A DNA stretch of 64,000 nucleotides from Eledone cirrhosa (GCA_964016885.1 OZ024743.1:33170001-33234000), one strand, 5' to 3'; shown: positions 13,355 to 26,055, counted from the first letter of the stretch. Notes: generated from the letters alone by a model not told the origin. A program made the numbers and translations.

Positions 13355-13633
13355 TAGTCTATAAATATGTATGTTAAGTTCATTCATTTTGTCTTCAGTT
13401 GCAGCCTTATCACACTATTAGTAAAAAAAGAATAGTATTTTAGTGATTATCAAATATTTTGTTTGGTATGAAGCTCAGGTTATGTACATTTTACCCTGAT
13501 ACTAAGATTTTAGTTTGCAAGTAGTCTATATGTATAAGTTCTCCCAAACAATGAAGGGAACAAATATAATAACAAGCAAGCTGGTGGCATTTAGGTCATG
13601 AGAACTATTCGTGGTGGTGGTCCAAAAGTTCTG

Positions 13634-13897
13634 TTAACCCGTATCCGACCAGAATTCTCTCACCTCTTTCTGTTCAAACTGGCTGTAACTGACCGCTGAT
13701 ACTGATGTTAAACTATTGTCCTCAAAATAAATAATATCAAAATCTCATAGATTTGATATTATGTGAGATATTATGTGAGATAAAGCTTTTACCGTGAAAA
13801 TACATTGGTATCATCATCACCGTTTTACGTCCGTTCTTCCATGCTAGCATGGGTTAGAGGGTGTTTATATAAAGTAATGTAAATGCTAAAGGGTTAA
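13634..13897 (+). mobile_element. piggyBac-like MITE (family of 21709-21928), left end degraded, small RTE-tail insert
   Basis: Internal CCAGAATTCTCTCACCTCTTTCTGTTCAAACTGGCTGTAACTG shared with 21850-21905 (minus) and 45800-45850; right end TAAATGCTAAAGGG-TTAA. Confidence 0.7.
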
Positions 13898-15650
13898 ATA
13901 TACTTATAAAATATATTCTATTGAAAGGAAATTGTTATGTCATATGTATGTGTATAAGAAGAATATTTGTGGAACAATTGTATTAACAAAATATGGTATT
14001 CAAGATTGATTTTTAGATTTATCACGAGTTCACTATTTGTAATAACTGACCTGTGAAGAATTTTAAAGATTTCCAAGATTTAGTTTTTAGCAATCAATTT
14101 TCACAAATGTAATTCTATGTTTATGTGATATATATATATATATATATATATGAAAATATGGGTGAGAAGAATACTGCTGGTTGCACATGGATAACATGTT
14201 ATAAAATGAGTCCCTCATCAGTGATTTACCAAACGATCATGGGTATTTCATCGCATTAAAAATCACTATATATATATAGGGGGGGGGGGGTATATGAAAT
14301 AATTTGAGACTGAAAAAGTCATGTTATTAAATTTATTCTATATATCTTATTGCTGACAACAATTATTATTTTACACTTATCTTAACTGTTTGTTAAACAT
14401 ATGTATTATGTAAGTATATAGAATGGTGTCAAGGTGACTCTTGTTAGAAGTTTACAAAGTATGTGTAGTGCAGACAAAATTTCGCTATGTGATGATAGTT
14501 TTGTAAAGGTGTAAAATTTGGCAAATGGTAAATTATTGTTTTCTGTTAGTGATAATGATGGGTAGATGGAGAAAAATTGAAAAGTTGGTTGATATATTTG
14601 TGGCAAATAACCAAAAGGCTCAGTTGCATTTAAGGAGAGAAAATTGTCTGATGTTTTGTGGATGAATGACTTTTTGGCTCATGAAATGTCAAATTTTGGC
14701 ATGGTTTCATATTTGAGGAAGATAAACTAGCTGCTGGGTGGAAGTGGAGGAGTGCTGAAGACAAGCCTTAGGGAGGTGTTACTCTCAGACTGTTGCAAAA
14801 ACAAATTGATGTACTAACCGAGAGGAAATATTTTGGGAACAAGTTCAAATGTTTGATAATTGTAATTATGAGAAATATTTTAACTGATTAATTATGAATA
14901 CAGAAAAATTACAATGTTTGCATCATAAGACATAGAATTATATCATCTTTCGTGTTGTACTATATCTGGTGTTTGTTTCAAGATTTTATGGCACTAACTT
15001 TAAATTTTAAATCTTTTCATACCCTCATTTCAATCAATTATTGGATAAGTGGGTGTATAAATTTATTTTTCCTAATATCATACTCAGGATCCATAAGTTA
15101 GACTTTTTTTTTTTGTTAGCTTAGTAAGCTGATATACAGAAAGTGATACACTTGCCTAAGGCATTCTCAAAACTATCGACTAGTCTCTTCAGGGTTGGGG
15201 ACCATGGACTAATGCTAATCTATATGATGCTATATATTCATAATTCTCATCAAGAAAAACGTAACATTGGTAGTCCAAAATCTTCATCCAACCATTACTT
15301 GGAAGCTGGATACCAAGCCTCAGCTCATCTGTCTTCATCACAAGGATGAAGCTCTTGACCACTTAAATGGTTGTCACCAAGGTGAATAAGGAATCCCATC
15401 TACACCGGTTTTGAAATCAGAGTGATCTTTCTCCTAGACTGTTATTCATTCTTGTAAAGAATTGTATCTCATTAAAAATTGAAGTCTTTAGTTTACTGAA
15501 AATGTCCACAGTGATCTGTCCACTAGTAAAACTACTAAAAATATTTGAATTAACATATAATACTTGTTTTTAGATATTTCATGTTAAATCATTACATAAT
15601 TTGAAGAATTTAAGAGAAAAGTTAAAAAAAGAAAAAAAGTGTGGATGGTA

Positions 15651-18600
15651 ATCATCATCATCATCATCATCAACGTTTAACGTCCGTGTTCCACGCTTGC
15701 ATGGGTTTGGACGGGGGTAGTCCCACTTGAGGCAAGAGTGATTGTCTTGCTCGCATAGGACTGTCTGGCAGGTTTTCTACAGTTGGATGCCCTTCCTAAC
15801 ACCAACCACATTTACAGTGTGGGTCTGGGAGGTTTTTACCGTGTTGCCTACACGGCCACATTACAGCGTGGACTGTGTGTTTTTTTGTCGTGACATCTAC
15901 ACGATCTCATTTGTTTCGGCCTCGATGGCGCGGCACCAACATAACTTTACATAGAACGGGGTGGTGTGGATCGGGTGGGGGTGGGGGTGGTGGGACGGGG
16001 TGTATTTTGTTAGAGATGCCTACTGGCTGGAGTAGGTTTTACTATATATTTAGGTAAGGCGGGTCTTCTCTGTTACTGAGTACCGCCAAAGGTCTCGGTC
16101 CAGTGACATTGTCTTGGAGAGGTGTAAGTGTGTGATGTCGGAGTTTATCAGCTCGTCCCAGGTTTTTCTAGGTCTGCCTATTCCGTGACTACCGTCTATC
16201 TTTATTGCCCTGCACTTTGTTATACAGCTATCGACTTTCATGCGCATCACGTGTCCATACCAACGTAGCCTTCTCTCGAGTAAACAACATCTGATCCCTC
16301 TTATCTCTAATTTATTCCTTAGTTCGTTTATGCTTTGCCGTTCACGTATATTACTGTTACACATCCAGCGGAGCATGCAAGCTTCGTTCCTCTCTAGTCT
16401 GCGTATATCCTCTGCACACAATGCCCAGGTCTCACTGCCATGCAGCATTGCTGTTCGTATGCAGGCATCGTACAACCTGCCTTTCATTTTTAGTGAGAAC
16501 CCTTTAGCAGCTAATAGTGGTATAAGCTCTCTGAACTTTTTCCAACCAGTTCTGACTCTAGCTACAGTACTTTCAGAGCACCCTCCCCCACTGCTGATTT
16601 TATCGCCCAGGTAACGGAAGCTGTCCACTATTTCTATAGAACCCTCTGCGCAATTGAAAGAGCTAGTAGTTTGTGGGCACTTGCTGCTACTTATTGCACC
16701 AGAGCACCGGCCACATGTAAAATCTATGTTCTTAGTTAGCTTACCTGTGATCCCACTACATCTTTTATGCACCCATACTTTGCATTTAGGACATAAAATG
16801 GAGTTTCTACCTACGCCTTTCCTACACACCGAGCACGACCATTTCCCCGAAGGGACCGCCGCCTTGTTTTCTTTCCTACAAACTAGTACTTTGGTCTTAG
16901 CCAGGTTAATTTTAAGTCCTTTTGACTCTAGGCCGTGCTTCCATGTTTGGAATTTCTTCTCTAGCTCGGCCATTGATTCCGCTATGAGTGTCAGGTCGTC
17001 TGCGTATAGGAGTTCCCATGGGCAGCCTGTCTTGAACTCCTCTGTTATAGCCTGAAGGGCAATAATAAATAGTAGTGGACTGAGAACAGAGCCCTGATGG
17101 ACGCCGACTTTTACGCTAAACTCTTCACTATATTCGTTGTTAATTCTAACCTTGCTGACTGTTTCTTTATACATGGCTTGTATAGCCCTCACAAGCCATT
17201 CGTCAACGCCTAGTTTTCTAAGAGCCCACCAGATAATGGAGCGGGGGACTCTGTCGAAGGCTTTCTCCAAGTCGACAAAAGCTAAGTAGAGGGGTTTACC
17301 TTTAGCTAGGTACTTCTCCTGTAGTTGTCGTACTATGAAAAGAGCGTCTGTGGTACTTTTGCCTGACACAAACCCGAACTGCATTTCATCTAGGTCAATT
17401 CTCTCTCTGATTAGTTGCGCTATTACTCTTTCCGTGACCTTCATGACCTGGTCGATTAATTTAATGCCTCTATAGTTACTCCTATCTAGGGCGTCTCCTT
17501 TACCCTTATAACAGTTAACGATGATGCTGCTATGCCAGTCCTTCGGAACAACCCCGTTCTGTACGACTTGGTTAACTATGCGGGTGACCATGGTGTGTCC
17601 CACCGTGCCAGATGCCTTCAGCATCTCAGCAACTATTTCCGAAGGCCCAGCCGCCTTACCAGTCTTCATATCCTTGATTGCCTTACTTATTATACTCCCC
17701 TCGACTAACACTGCTGGTCCCTCTATTGGGTCGATATGGGGGAGACTGCCTTTCTCCCAATTATTCTCCTCATTTAGAAGCCTTTCATAGTGACACTTCC
17801 AAGCTACCTTCTTATCAGCGTCGGTGATGGCAAGTGTGCCATCGTCGTTTAGTACACACTTCTCCCCGACAATATCACGGTTTTCCTTGACGCATTGCCT
17901 AGCAATCCTGAACACCTCACGTTTTTGGTCATCGCGTTGTAGAACATGCTTGAACTTTCTTTCCTCAGCTTCCCTTCTTGCTAAGTACACTTGTCTCCTA
18001 GCTTCCCTCCTGGCCACTTGATAGTCCTCTCTACTTCCCCCATCCCGCCATACTTTCCAAGCCTGCTTTTTGGCCTTAATTGACCCCTCCACCTTACTGT
18101 TCCACCACCATGTTACTCTCCTCCTGCCTACAGGCCTGCTCCAGCCACAGACCTCGTCTGTCGCCAACAGCAGGTTTGCTTTCAGAAATTCCCACTCTCC
18201 CTCTATATTGTCCGACTCTAAATGTTCTTCCTTACTGTCGAAAGCATCAAGTAATATGCTTTGAAATTTATTCCTGGCTGTGGGGTCCTTTAGCTTCCAT
18301 ATTTTCCTCCTGAGGATAGTCCTCTTCTGTTGTCGAGTACGTCTCGTCCTGACTATGAGGTCGCTAATTATCAGTCTATGTTGGGAGGTGCATTCTTCAT
18401 GGGGGAGGGATTTAGTGTTAACAACAGACACTCTGTCACGTCTTCTGGTAAGGATATAATCTACCTGGCTTGTGTGTTCCCCGGATCTATAGGTGATCAG
18501 GTGATTGTCACGTTTTTTGAAGTTAGTGTTACAGATAGTTAGGTTATTTGCATCACAGAATTCCAGGATTCTGGAGCCTTCCTCATTTCTAGTACCAAAC

Positions 18601-19313
18601 CCATAGCCTCCATGGATTTCGTCGTAGCCGTCACAATGTTGTCCAACGTGACCATTTAGGTCGCCTGCGATAATTATATAGTCACTGTCGGATATTTGGG
18701 AGGTAGTTAGCATCAGTGTCTCATAGAATCTGTCTTTTATAGTGCCGGGCAGTCCGGATTGGGGTGCGTACGCAGATATTACTGTCACCGTAGTTCTATT
18801 GAGGACAAGTCGTATTTTAATTATTCTGTCGTTCACTCTATTTACGTCTATTATCTTATCTGCCCACTTTTCTGCTACCATGATTCCTACTCCACCCAGC
18901 CCATCGTCGTTTCCCACCCAGAAAAGCTTATAACAACGTTTTTTACCCTCAATGAACCTAGCAGACCCACCCCTCCACCTGGTCTCTTGAATACAACAAG
19001 CATCGACCTCCTTACGTTCAAGCATTTCTACAACCTCGTTAGCGCGACCCTTTAGGGTGCCTACATTTATGGTACCAACTCTGAAGTTTTGGATTGCGTT
19101 TGGGGGTTGGGGGCGGTGAGGGGCGGGGGGCGATGGGGTTATGTTAGCCGTCCGCGGTCGAAACAATGAGGAGTGCTCGCATTCTCGTCCAAGGGGTGAA
19201 TTTGTCTTTATCTTTGGCATTGTCGCTGAGCGTCCAGATTTTTCTCTCTCACCTCCACTCTCCAGGATTCCGCAGTCCATCCATCCATCATATATCGTAT
19301 ATCGAAAGGCAAC
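15651..19313 (-). mobile_element. Full-length, apparently intact RTE-clade LINE
   Basis: Short 5' UTR, single uninterrupted ORF, ~400-nt 3' UTR and (GAT)n tail (ATC repeats at 15651-15671); no TSD recognised. Confidence 0.97.
16050..19220 (-). CDS. RTE LINE polyprotein: AP-like endonuclease, reverse transcriptase, internal C4HC3 (PHD-like) finger; 1056 aa from MPKIKTNSP
   Basis: EN motifs GTINVGTL, IQETRW, SAYAP, GDLNGH, VDYIL, SQHRL; RT motifs YRGIKL, QFGF, FVDLEKAFD, QGSVLSPLLF, YADD, FRYLG; start ATG at 19218-19220 is conserved in the copy at 5396. Confidence 0.96.
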   Translation of the reverse strand: MPKIKTNSPLGRECEHSSLFRPRTANITPSPPAPHRPQPPNAIQNFRVGTINVGTLKGRANEVVEMLERKEVDACCIQETRWRGGSARFIEGKKRCYKLFWVGNDDGLGGVGIMVAEKWADKIIDVNRVNDRIIKIRLVLNRTTVTVISAYAPQSGLPGTIKDRFYETLMLTTSQISDSDYIIIAGDLNGHVGQHCDGYDEIHGGYGFGTRNEEGSRILEFCDANNLTICNTNFKKRDNHLITYRSGEHTSQVDYILTRRRDRVSVVNTKSLPHEECTSQHRLIISDLIVRTRRTRQQKRTILRRKIWKLKDPTARNKFQSILLDAFDSKEEHLESDNIEGEWEFLKANLLLATDEVCGWSRPVGRRRVTWWWNSKVEGSIKAKKQAWKVWRDGGSREDYQVARREARRQVYLARREAEERKFKHVLQRDDQKREVFRIARQCVKENRDIVGEKCVLNDDGTLAITDADKKVAWKCHYERLLNEENNWEKGSLPHIDPIEGPAVLVEGSIISKAIKDMKTGKAAGPSEIVAEMLKASGTVGHTMVTRIVNQVVQNGVVPKDWHSSIIVNCYKGKGDALDRSNYRGIKLIDQVMKVTERVIAQLIRERIDLDEMQFGFVSGKSTTDALFIVRQLQEKYLAKGKPLYLAFVDLEKAFDRVPRSIIWWALRKLGVDEWLVRAIQAMYKETVSKVRINNEYSEEFSVKVGVHQGSVLSPLLFIIALQAITEEFKTGCPWELLYADDLTLIAESMAELEKKFQTWKHGLESKGLKINLAKTKVLVCRKENKAAVPSGKWSCSVCRKGVGRNSILCPKCKVWVHKRCSGITGKLTKNIDFTCGRCSGAISSSKCPQTTSSFNCAEGSIEIVDSFRYLGDKISSGGGCSESTVARVRTGWKKFRELIPLLAAKGFSLKMKGRLYDACIRTAMLHGSETWALCAEDIRRLERNEACMLRWMCNSNIRERQSINELRNKLEIRGIRCCLLERRLRWYGHVMRMKVDSCITKCRAIKIDGSHGIGRPRKTWDELINSDITHLHLSKTMSLDRDLWRYSVTEKTRLT

Positions 19314-21708
19314 GTTCTTCATAAATATATTCATAGGATTAAAGATGAGAGAATTAAAGTAAATTTAAATAAAAGAGAAACATGTTAACTTTCTGAAAGA
19401 TTGTTAACATTGCTGAAATAGGGTTAAATAAGAAAACTATAAGCACAGCTAAAACTGTGTATCTTGTGAGGAGAATATGACCAAATTGATTCATTTTCTG
19501 TAGAGTTCGCTTAATTAACCCTTTTGTTATATTTGAAATTGTAATGGAGGGATTTACTAAAATTATTAATTGTTTCATTACTAAGATGTATTTGTAAAAT
19601 AACTTAACCAAAGGTTAATATAACCTTAGAAGGTTTTAATTTACATAGGAACCCTTTAAAATGGGTGGTTTGAGGTGGGGGTGGTAGTAAAATGTTAAAA
19701 AAATGTTTTTTATGCTAAAATCTATAAAAATCATTTCCCTGAAAATTTCTTAGAATATTACGTTACCTTATAATTCGAATACCAGCTGTAAGGAAACTAT
19801 ATTACGGGAGATCATAAGATTCAAAATGTTTGACAGAGAAAAGTCAATTTTAACTTCATGTACGTATATGGAAGATATCAATGTTTTCACTTTCATCTCC
19901 ACCATAAAGGGAAAGGAATTACCTTCAAATGCCATTGATTTCACAATTTGTTCTTGATTGCTTCAGGTTTCCTTACATCATCATAAGACTTCAATATATA
20001 GGCTTTTCTTATAAAATCAACTATTGATTTCTATCTGTAGCACTCTGTCAGAAATTTATAGAGAAGAGATGGAGTTGATCAAATCAATCAGTGTGTTATT
20101 AGTACTCATTTAGTTGACCTTGGCAGAATAATAAACAAAAAACAAACACCAGTAAAATTTAAACATAAAATGTAGATGAATGCAATTGTATAAAACCTAT
20201 TTCTGACAAAACACTACTTTTATAAAAGCAAGCCAAAAAATATTGAGGTTTGATATGTTGTTCATAGTTTGATCATATATCCACTTTCCAAGACAACATA
20301 TGTCAGATAACCACATCATGCTCATACATTCCATATTTTGGTATAGTTTCTATACTTGGATGTCCTTGCTAATGTCAATCACTTTACAAACTGTACTGAG
20401 TGTATGTTATAGAATAATAATAATTATAATGAAATTATTGTGTTCAGTGCTCAGGTGCACTACAACTCATCAAAGGTGCATGTATAGTACATAGAATAAT
20501 GTACAAATGTCAGGAAAATGAACATGGCACTAAGTGTGTGGAATTCTATTTATTAGTTGTTAGTCAAATTGAAATACAACACACATAAACATTAGCACAC
20601 ACACCTCCCTCCATACTTGTCTGTTAAAGTTAAAGCTGATGTTCCTCTTCATGAGCGCCAATGATAGGCATGTACATGGGTGAAAAGTTCTGTGTGAGAC
20701 ACACAAATTCGATTGTTGATGTTGCACTTGTGGACAGAATATTATTTGGTATTACTGCTGTCAAACCAAGCATCTGTCTGTTTGCAGTTACCTGCTTAGA
20801 GTGAAGCTTAGCCAGGTCAGAGAGATGCTGAGAGGTAAAGTAGCACCAGTCTTGCCCGTCTTTTCCTGCCTCTCAACTCTCTCACACGCACATGAACACT
20901 AACACTTTCACTCAGACATATACACTTTCATATACACTCTAAATATATCACTATAAAATGCAAATGAACTTGAAAAATTAGTTAGAAATATGTCAAAACA
21001 AATAACCACAGTGAATTTAAACAAATTATACTGAAATAATAGGTAATTAAGTTTTATAATTATTTGATAAATGGCTAAAGCCAAACTAAACAGCCTTCAG
21101 TCATGGAATTCCAATTATATGAGATTATACACACAAAGAAAATATTTTTAGATAGACAAAATATTGTTTTACATTGAAACAAAACTGTTGCAAAAAGCAT
21201 CTATTCTCTAATCAAACAATACAACTAATTAGAAATTAATTGTTATGGCAACTTTCCAATGATTAAGAAAATCACACATTAATGTATAATGAACAGAAAA
21301 ATAAAATCTAAACTTATTGTGTTTCTTCAGCCAAAGGCCAAGGTAAAATGGTTCAATAAAATGTTTTTTACATATAATTTTTTATGTTCTACATCCTAAT
21401 TGATCATAATAATGTTTTAATAAATTCTAATACTCTAGGATTTTACAGGGTTATGTGTTTGCAGAATTGTTTATTCTTAGACTAAATAAGTTAATTTTTT
21501 TTTTCACTATTTTCTTAGCTTTCATTTGTTCCCTTGTTGGGGTCACGAGAAGAAAGAGCTGTTGTTTTGTAGTGAGTTTGGAAGACTAGCATGGTGTGAT
21601 TCCATGTATTGTCAGGGTTTTTTTGATGTGATAAATTCACTCTTTCATAGGTGGAAACGGGGTAAAATACAGGATATCTGGGTTTGGGTAAAGTAGAGTG
21701 TGACTTAG

Positions 21709-21928
21709 CCCTTTAGCATTTACATTACTCTATATTAACTATTGTATTTTTATGGTAAAGGCTTTATCTCACATAATATCTCACATAATATCGAATCTAT
21801 GTGATTTTGGTATTATTTATTTTGAGAAAAATACCTTAACATCAATATGAGTGGCCAGTTACAGCCAGTTTGAACAGTAAGAGGTGAGAGAATTCTGGCC
21901 GGATATGGCCAGTTTAAATGCTAAAGGG
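21709..21928 (-). mobile_element. piggyBac-like MITE
   Basis: 14-bp TIRs CCCTTTAGCATTTA / TAAATGCTAAAGGG; TTAG on both flanks (21705-21708, 21929-21932). Confidence 0.85.
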
Positions 21929-23695
21929 TTAGATCACTAAGGTGCTACATGGGCTATGTAGACCGCTCTGGGTCACCTGGAAATGTGGCTGATTAACAGG
22001 GCTCAGGTATAACTATAACACACCTACCAAGTTAGTAGAAATCACAATAGAAAGAAAAATGTATAAATATTTTAAACGCATCAGTTCATTCATTTATAAA
22101 TTAATCAGTTTCCTGGTGCTTAATTGTTGTTGTTGTTATACAGTAGCAAAATAATTCTATAGGGAAGATTAAATGGGAAAGACAATAAATAAAATTGTGA
22201 TAAATATAAATTATGAAATTAAAAGAAAAAGAATTACCAATTCTGTATGAACATGAATGTCAGTTTTCTCATGGTTGATGGTAATTTTAACACTACTACT
22301 ACTACAAAGCTATTTATTTTAAAGTGTACATATTTAGTTAAGAATGTATCAATTTTATGTAAGAACATTTGTTTACATAAATTATCAAAAGATTAACAAT
22401 TTGCAGAAAGATATTAAAAAAGCAAAAAAAAAAGCAGAAAAAAAGACAGAAGTCAAGCGCATTCAATTACATACCAAAATAAGAAATGCAGGAATTTCTC
22501 TCTAATAATTGTTCAGGCATTGCCATAGGTAATAGTGAGGCTGAAGCACTGGAATAAGAAAGCACCATCATGAGCATTGCCTAATATAACAGTAAGAAAA
22601 GTTGCCAACAGTAATAAGAACTTTATTATCACTATAAAGCCCTAATATTTTCTATACATGGTATATTTTTAAAGTCATTTAGCTAAAACTCACTGTTTCT
22701 AGTTGTAATATCAGCAACAGTAGTGGTTTCAATATTTTTCTCACTGCTCTTATATTCTCAATCAGCCCTTTCACGACTGTATTTCTAACAAAATACATCC
22801 CGATTCAGTTAATTAATGAAGGGTTTTGATGGGTTTATTAAGATTATCAATTATTTTGTTTATTAAAATAATAACTTAACATATGGCTCTTATATAAAAT
22901 TATGTTGGAAAATTTCAATTTAAATAAATGGATGGTTTTCTTTCATCTAACTAGAGTCAGTTTTGGGCAAATTGGTATCACAAGGATTAAACCAGCTTTT
23001 CTCTGGTTTCTTTTTTCTTTATTTATATATTCATTTTTTATCACATTTAATTATAAGTTTCTTAGCTCAAATATAGGACCTTTGTATTTTGTATATTTTT
23101 TTTAAGAGTATAGAAGGTCATGTTGATAGGGTAGTGGCCTATTAGGTGAAAGATTTGTCATTTGTTTCCTATTATCAGCACTGCATTGTAAGGAACCAAT
23201 ACACTTAACCCTCAAATATCCCAATCCACCTAGCTGTAAACAAATTCTTAGATAATAACAAATAGTTTATTAGCTTGCACACTTGTGAGTCTGGAGAAAA
23301 AAATGGAAAATTGCTTCAAAGTTATCTTCACAAAAATCACTACATATCAGTTATCATCATCATCACTCATCTATTTTCCATGCTTGCATGGGTGTGGAAG
23401 AATGGACGTAAAACAGTGATGATATATAATGGACGTCTGTACAGCTTCTATTTGTCAAACTTCACTCACAGAGAATTAGTCAATCCAATGCCATAGTGAG
23501 AACACACCCCCCACATATCATGCTGTGCGACCAAACCTAAAACTGTGATTTCAAAACAAACTCTTTACACACAACCACTCCTGTATCTTTTACTAACCAA
23601 ATTTATATATTTTCCACTGTATAATAAAATAGATAATTGTAAGTAATATGTTTAGCTCCAATTTACTTCAATTATTAAATATCATTATCATTAAG

Positions 23696-23882
23696 GGCGG
23701 GGGATTGGCAGTATCGGTAGAAGGTCGGACGCCATACTTTGCAGCCTAGAGTTACACCCTTTTATAGTCTGAGTTCAAATCCCGTCGAGGTTAACTTTGC
23801 CTTTCATCCTTACAGGGTCGATAAAATAAAAGTACCAGTAATGCACTGGGTATTTGCTGGCCTTGTGCCAAATGTAGAAACA
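23696..23882 (+). mobile_element. tRNA-derived SINE, Nin/Deu-domain-like
   Basis: A-box TGGCAGTATCGG, B-box GAGTTCAAATC, central TTTGCCTTTCATCCTTACAGGGTCGATAAAAT..GTACCAG; 12-bp TSD ATTATCATTAAG at 23684-23695 and 23883-23894. Confidence 0.88.
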
Positions 23883-24152
23883 ATTATCATTAAGCTCATT
23901 CTTATTAACTCTTGATATCCTGTACCACATAAAATCATGTGGTTTTGAGTGGTAAAGGATCTTAAGAAATATTGAAAATATTCTTGAAAAGTACAAAACA
24001 GTCCTATGACTGCATTACATTAACATTTAAAGTATTTACTCTAACACAATCATCTGTTCACAAATAATAATATAATAAACATTTGAATTAACAATTTTTT
24101 TCTTTAATCTTTTCTCCTAAATCATTACCAGATGTTAAGAGTTAAGCTAGTG

Positions 24153-24535
24153 CAGAGGTTCTCAAACTTTTGGGGCCATTGCCCCCCCCCCCCCACACAC
24201 ACACACCCACTCACGGCCATGTAATACCCTCAGCGCCCTAACCCTATTTCCAGAGAGACCTACCTACATGCAAATTGTAAATAATATATAATAAATAAAA
24301 TCATTAATATATAATAAATAATTGTTTCTACTTTAGGCACTATAATATATACTATGTATAAATAAATAAATATTATATTTTTTTTTACTATATTTATATA
24401 TAATATGTATCATTTGATATTTGATATACTATTATATCATTTCTACTGCCCCCTTTCCGCCCTCATAGGCCCCAGCATCCCCTGGACCTTCTCAACACCC
24501 CCTGAAATCTGTAGCGCCCACTTTGAGAACCTCTG
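24153..24535. mobile_element. hAT (Charlie-like) MITE
   Basis: Perfect 14-bp TIRs CAGAGGTTCTCAAA / TTTGAGAACCTCTG; 8-bp TSD AGCTAGTG / AGCTAGAG. Confidence 0.92.
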
Positions 24536-25152
24536 AGCTAGAGTGCTATTTGTCATATCACAAATAAATTTAGAAGTATATATCTATCACTGTGGGTAAC
24601 TGTAGGTAAATAAATATAAATGTATAAATGTTTTGATAAGAAATAAATATAAATAAATTCACTATACCTGTAAAATTACAAATATATGATAAATACATAT
24701 ACACTACTGCATTAAACTAACACTGTCTGAATATAAATATGTCAAGTTTACGTATTTCCCCATAGATTATAAAATGATGAATTTAATATATACTGCAAAT
24801 ATAGTATTACACTAATACAGTGTTTTGAGTAAAAAAAAGAAAGCAAAAAAGATGAGAAAAGTAATATATATTTTCCTATAGATTTATTCCATTCATCAAA
24901 AAGGATGAAGAAAGTGTGAATAAAAAAACTTTGGAAAAATACTATAAACAGACGATGTTCACTTCTGTGTGAAAGTGTATGTATATATATATATATGTGT
25001 GTGTTTGTGAATGCATACATATATATGTGTGTGTTTGTGTATTTGTGTTTCTGCGCAGCTTTCTTTCAACTATTTACCTATAACTTTGGTCAGTATGTAT
25101 ACTTCTACTTCAACTTATATGTTAATTCTCTCTCTTCCCCTCTCTCTCTCTG

Positions 25153-25183
<31 letters not shown>

Positions 25184-25196
25184 GTATATATGTGTG

Positions 25197-25227
<31 letters not shown>

Positions 25228-25241
25228 GTATATATATACAC

Positions 25242-25275
<34 letters not shown>

Positions 25276-25302
25276 GTGTATATATACATATCACTCTATA
25301 TA

Positions 25303-25353
<51 letters not shown>

Positions 25354-25439
25354 ATATATGCATATATATATATATATATGTGTGTGTGTATATATGCATA
25401 TATATATATATATATATATGATGATGATATGTGTATATA

Positions 25440-25514
<75 letters not shown>

Positions 25515-25687
25515 GTGTGTATATATACATATATATGTGTGTATATATACATATATATATATGTGTATATATACATGTATATATAAACATATATATATAT
25601 GTGTATATATACATATATATATATGTATATATAAACATATATATATATGTATATATATACATATATATCTATGTATATATATATACA

Positions 25688-25840
25688 TATATAATATAGA
25701 GCAGTTTTATAAATAAATATTGACATACCCTTAAAGAATGCGACTATTTCTGTTGGAAGCCCCCGGGAGCTTCGAACAGAAATGGTCGCATTCTTTAAGG
25801 GTATGTCAATATTTATTTATAAAACTGCTCTATATTATAT
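25688..25840. repeat. Fold-back palindrome, ~76-bp arms
   Basis: ATAATATAGAGCAGTTTTAT..GAAGC CCCC|GGGA GCTTC..ATAAAACTGCTCTATATTAT; about 3 mismatches; no spacer. Confidence 0.95.
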
Positions 25841-25887
25841 TTTATCTGATGAAAGCACACCATAATTGAAATATGTATAATGAAATA
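25838..25887 (+). ncRNA. Minimal type I hammerhead ribozyme candidate
   Basis: Stem I TATTTTAT / ATGAAATA, CTGATGA (25846-25852), weak stem II, GAAA (25868-25871), near-palindromic stem III TATGTA, AUA cleavage triplet. Confidence 0.6.
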
Positions 25888-26055
25888 AATATGGTTTTAT
25901 AAATATAGTTTCCATTTGTTAATATATCGTATTTTTACTCCAATAATTTGTTGAGTTCTTTATATCAGTTATGAAAATATTTGCTTGTTGTATCCCAACA
26001 ATTTAAGTAGAACTTCTACATGTATATGTATATATATATATATATGTGTGTATAA

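Noticed and set aside
14190-14232. CTGATGA (minus) with nearby palindrome TAACATGTTA between TA runs
   Set aside because: No GAAA and no stem I pairing; at most a heavily decayed relic.
16240-19055. Plus-strand ORFs antisense to the RTE (e.g. MKELV..CGHLLLLIAPEH), recurring in several copies
   Set aside because: They recur only because the LINE copies are near-identical; no independent protein motifs.
19221-19334. N-terminal extension of the 1094-aa ORF call
   Set aside because: Starts outside the element's 5' end; the MPKI start at 19220 is the one conserved in the 5396 copy.
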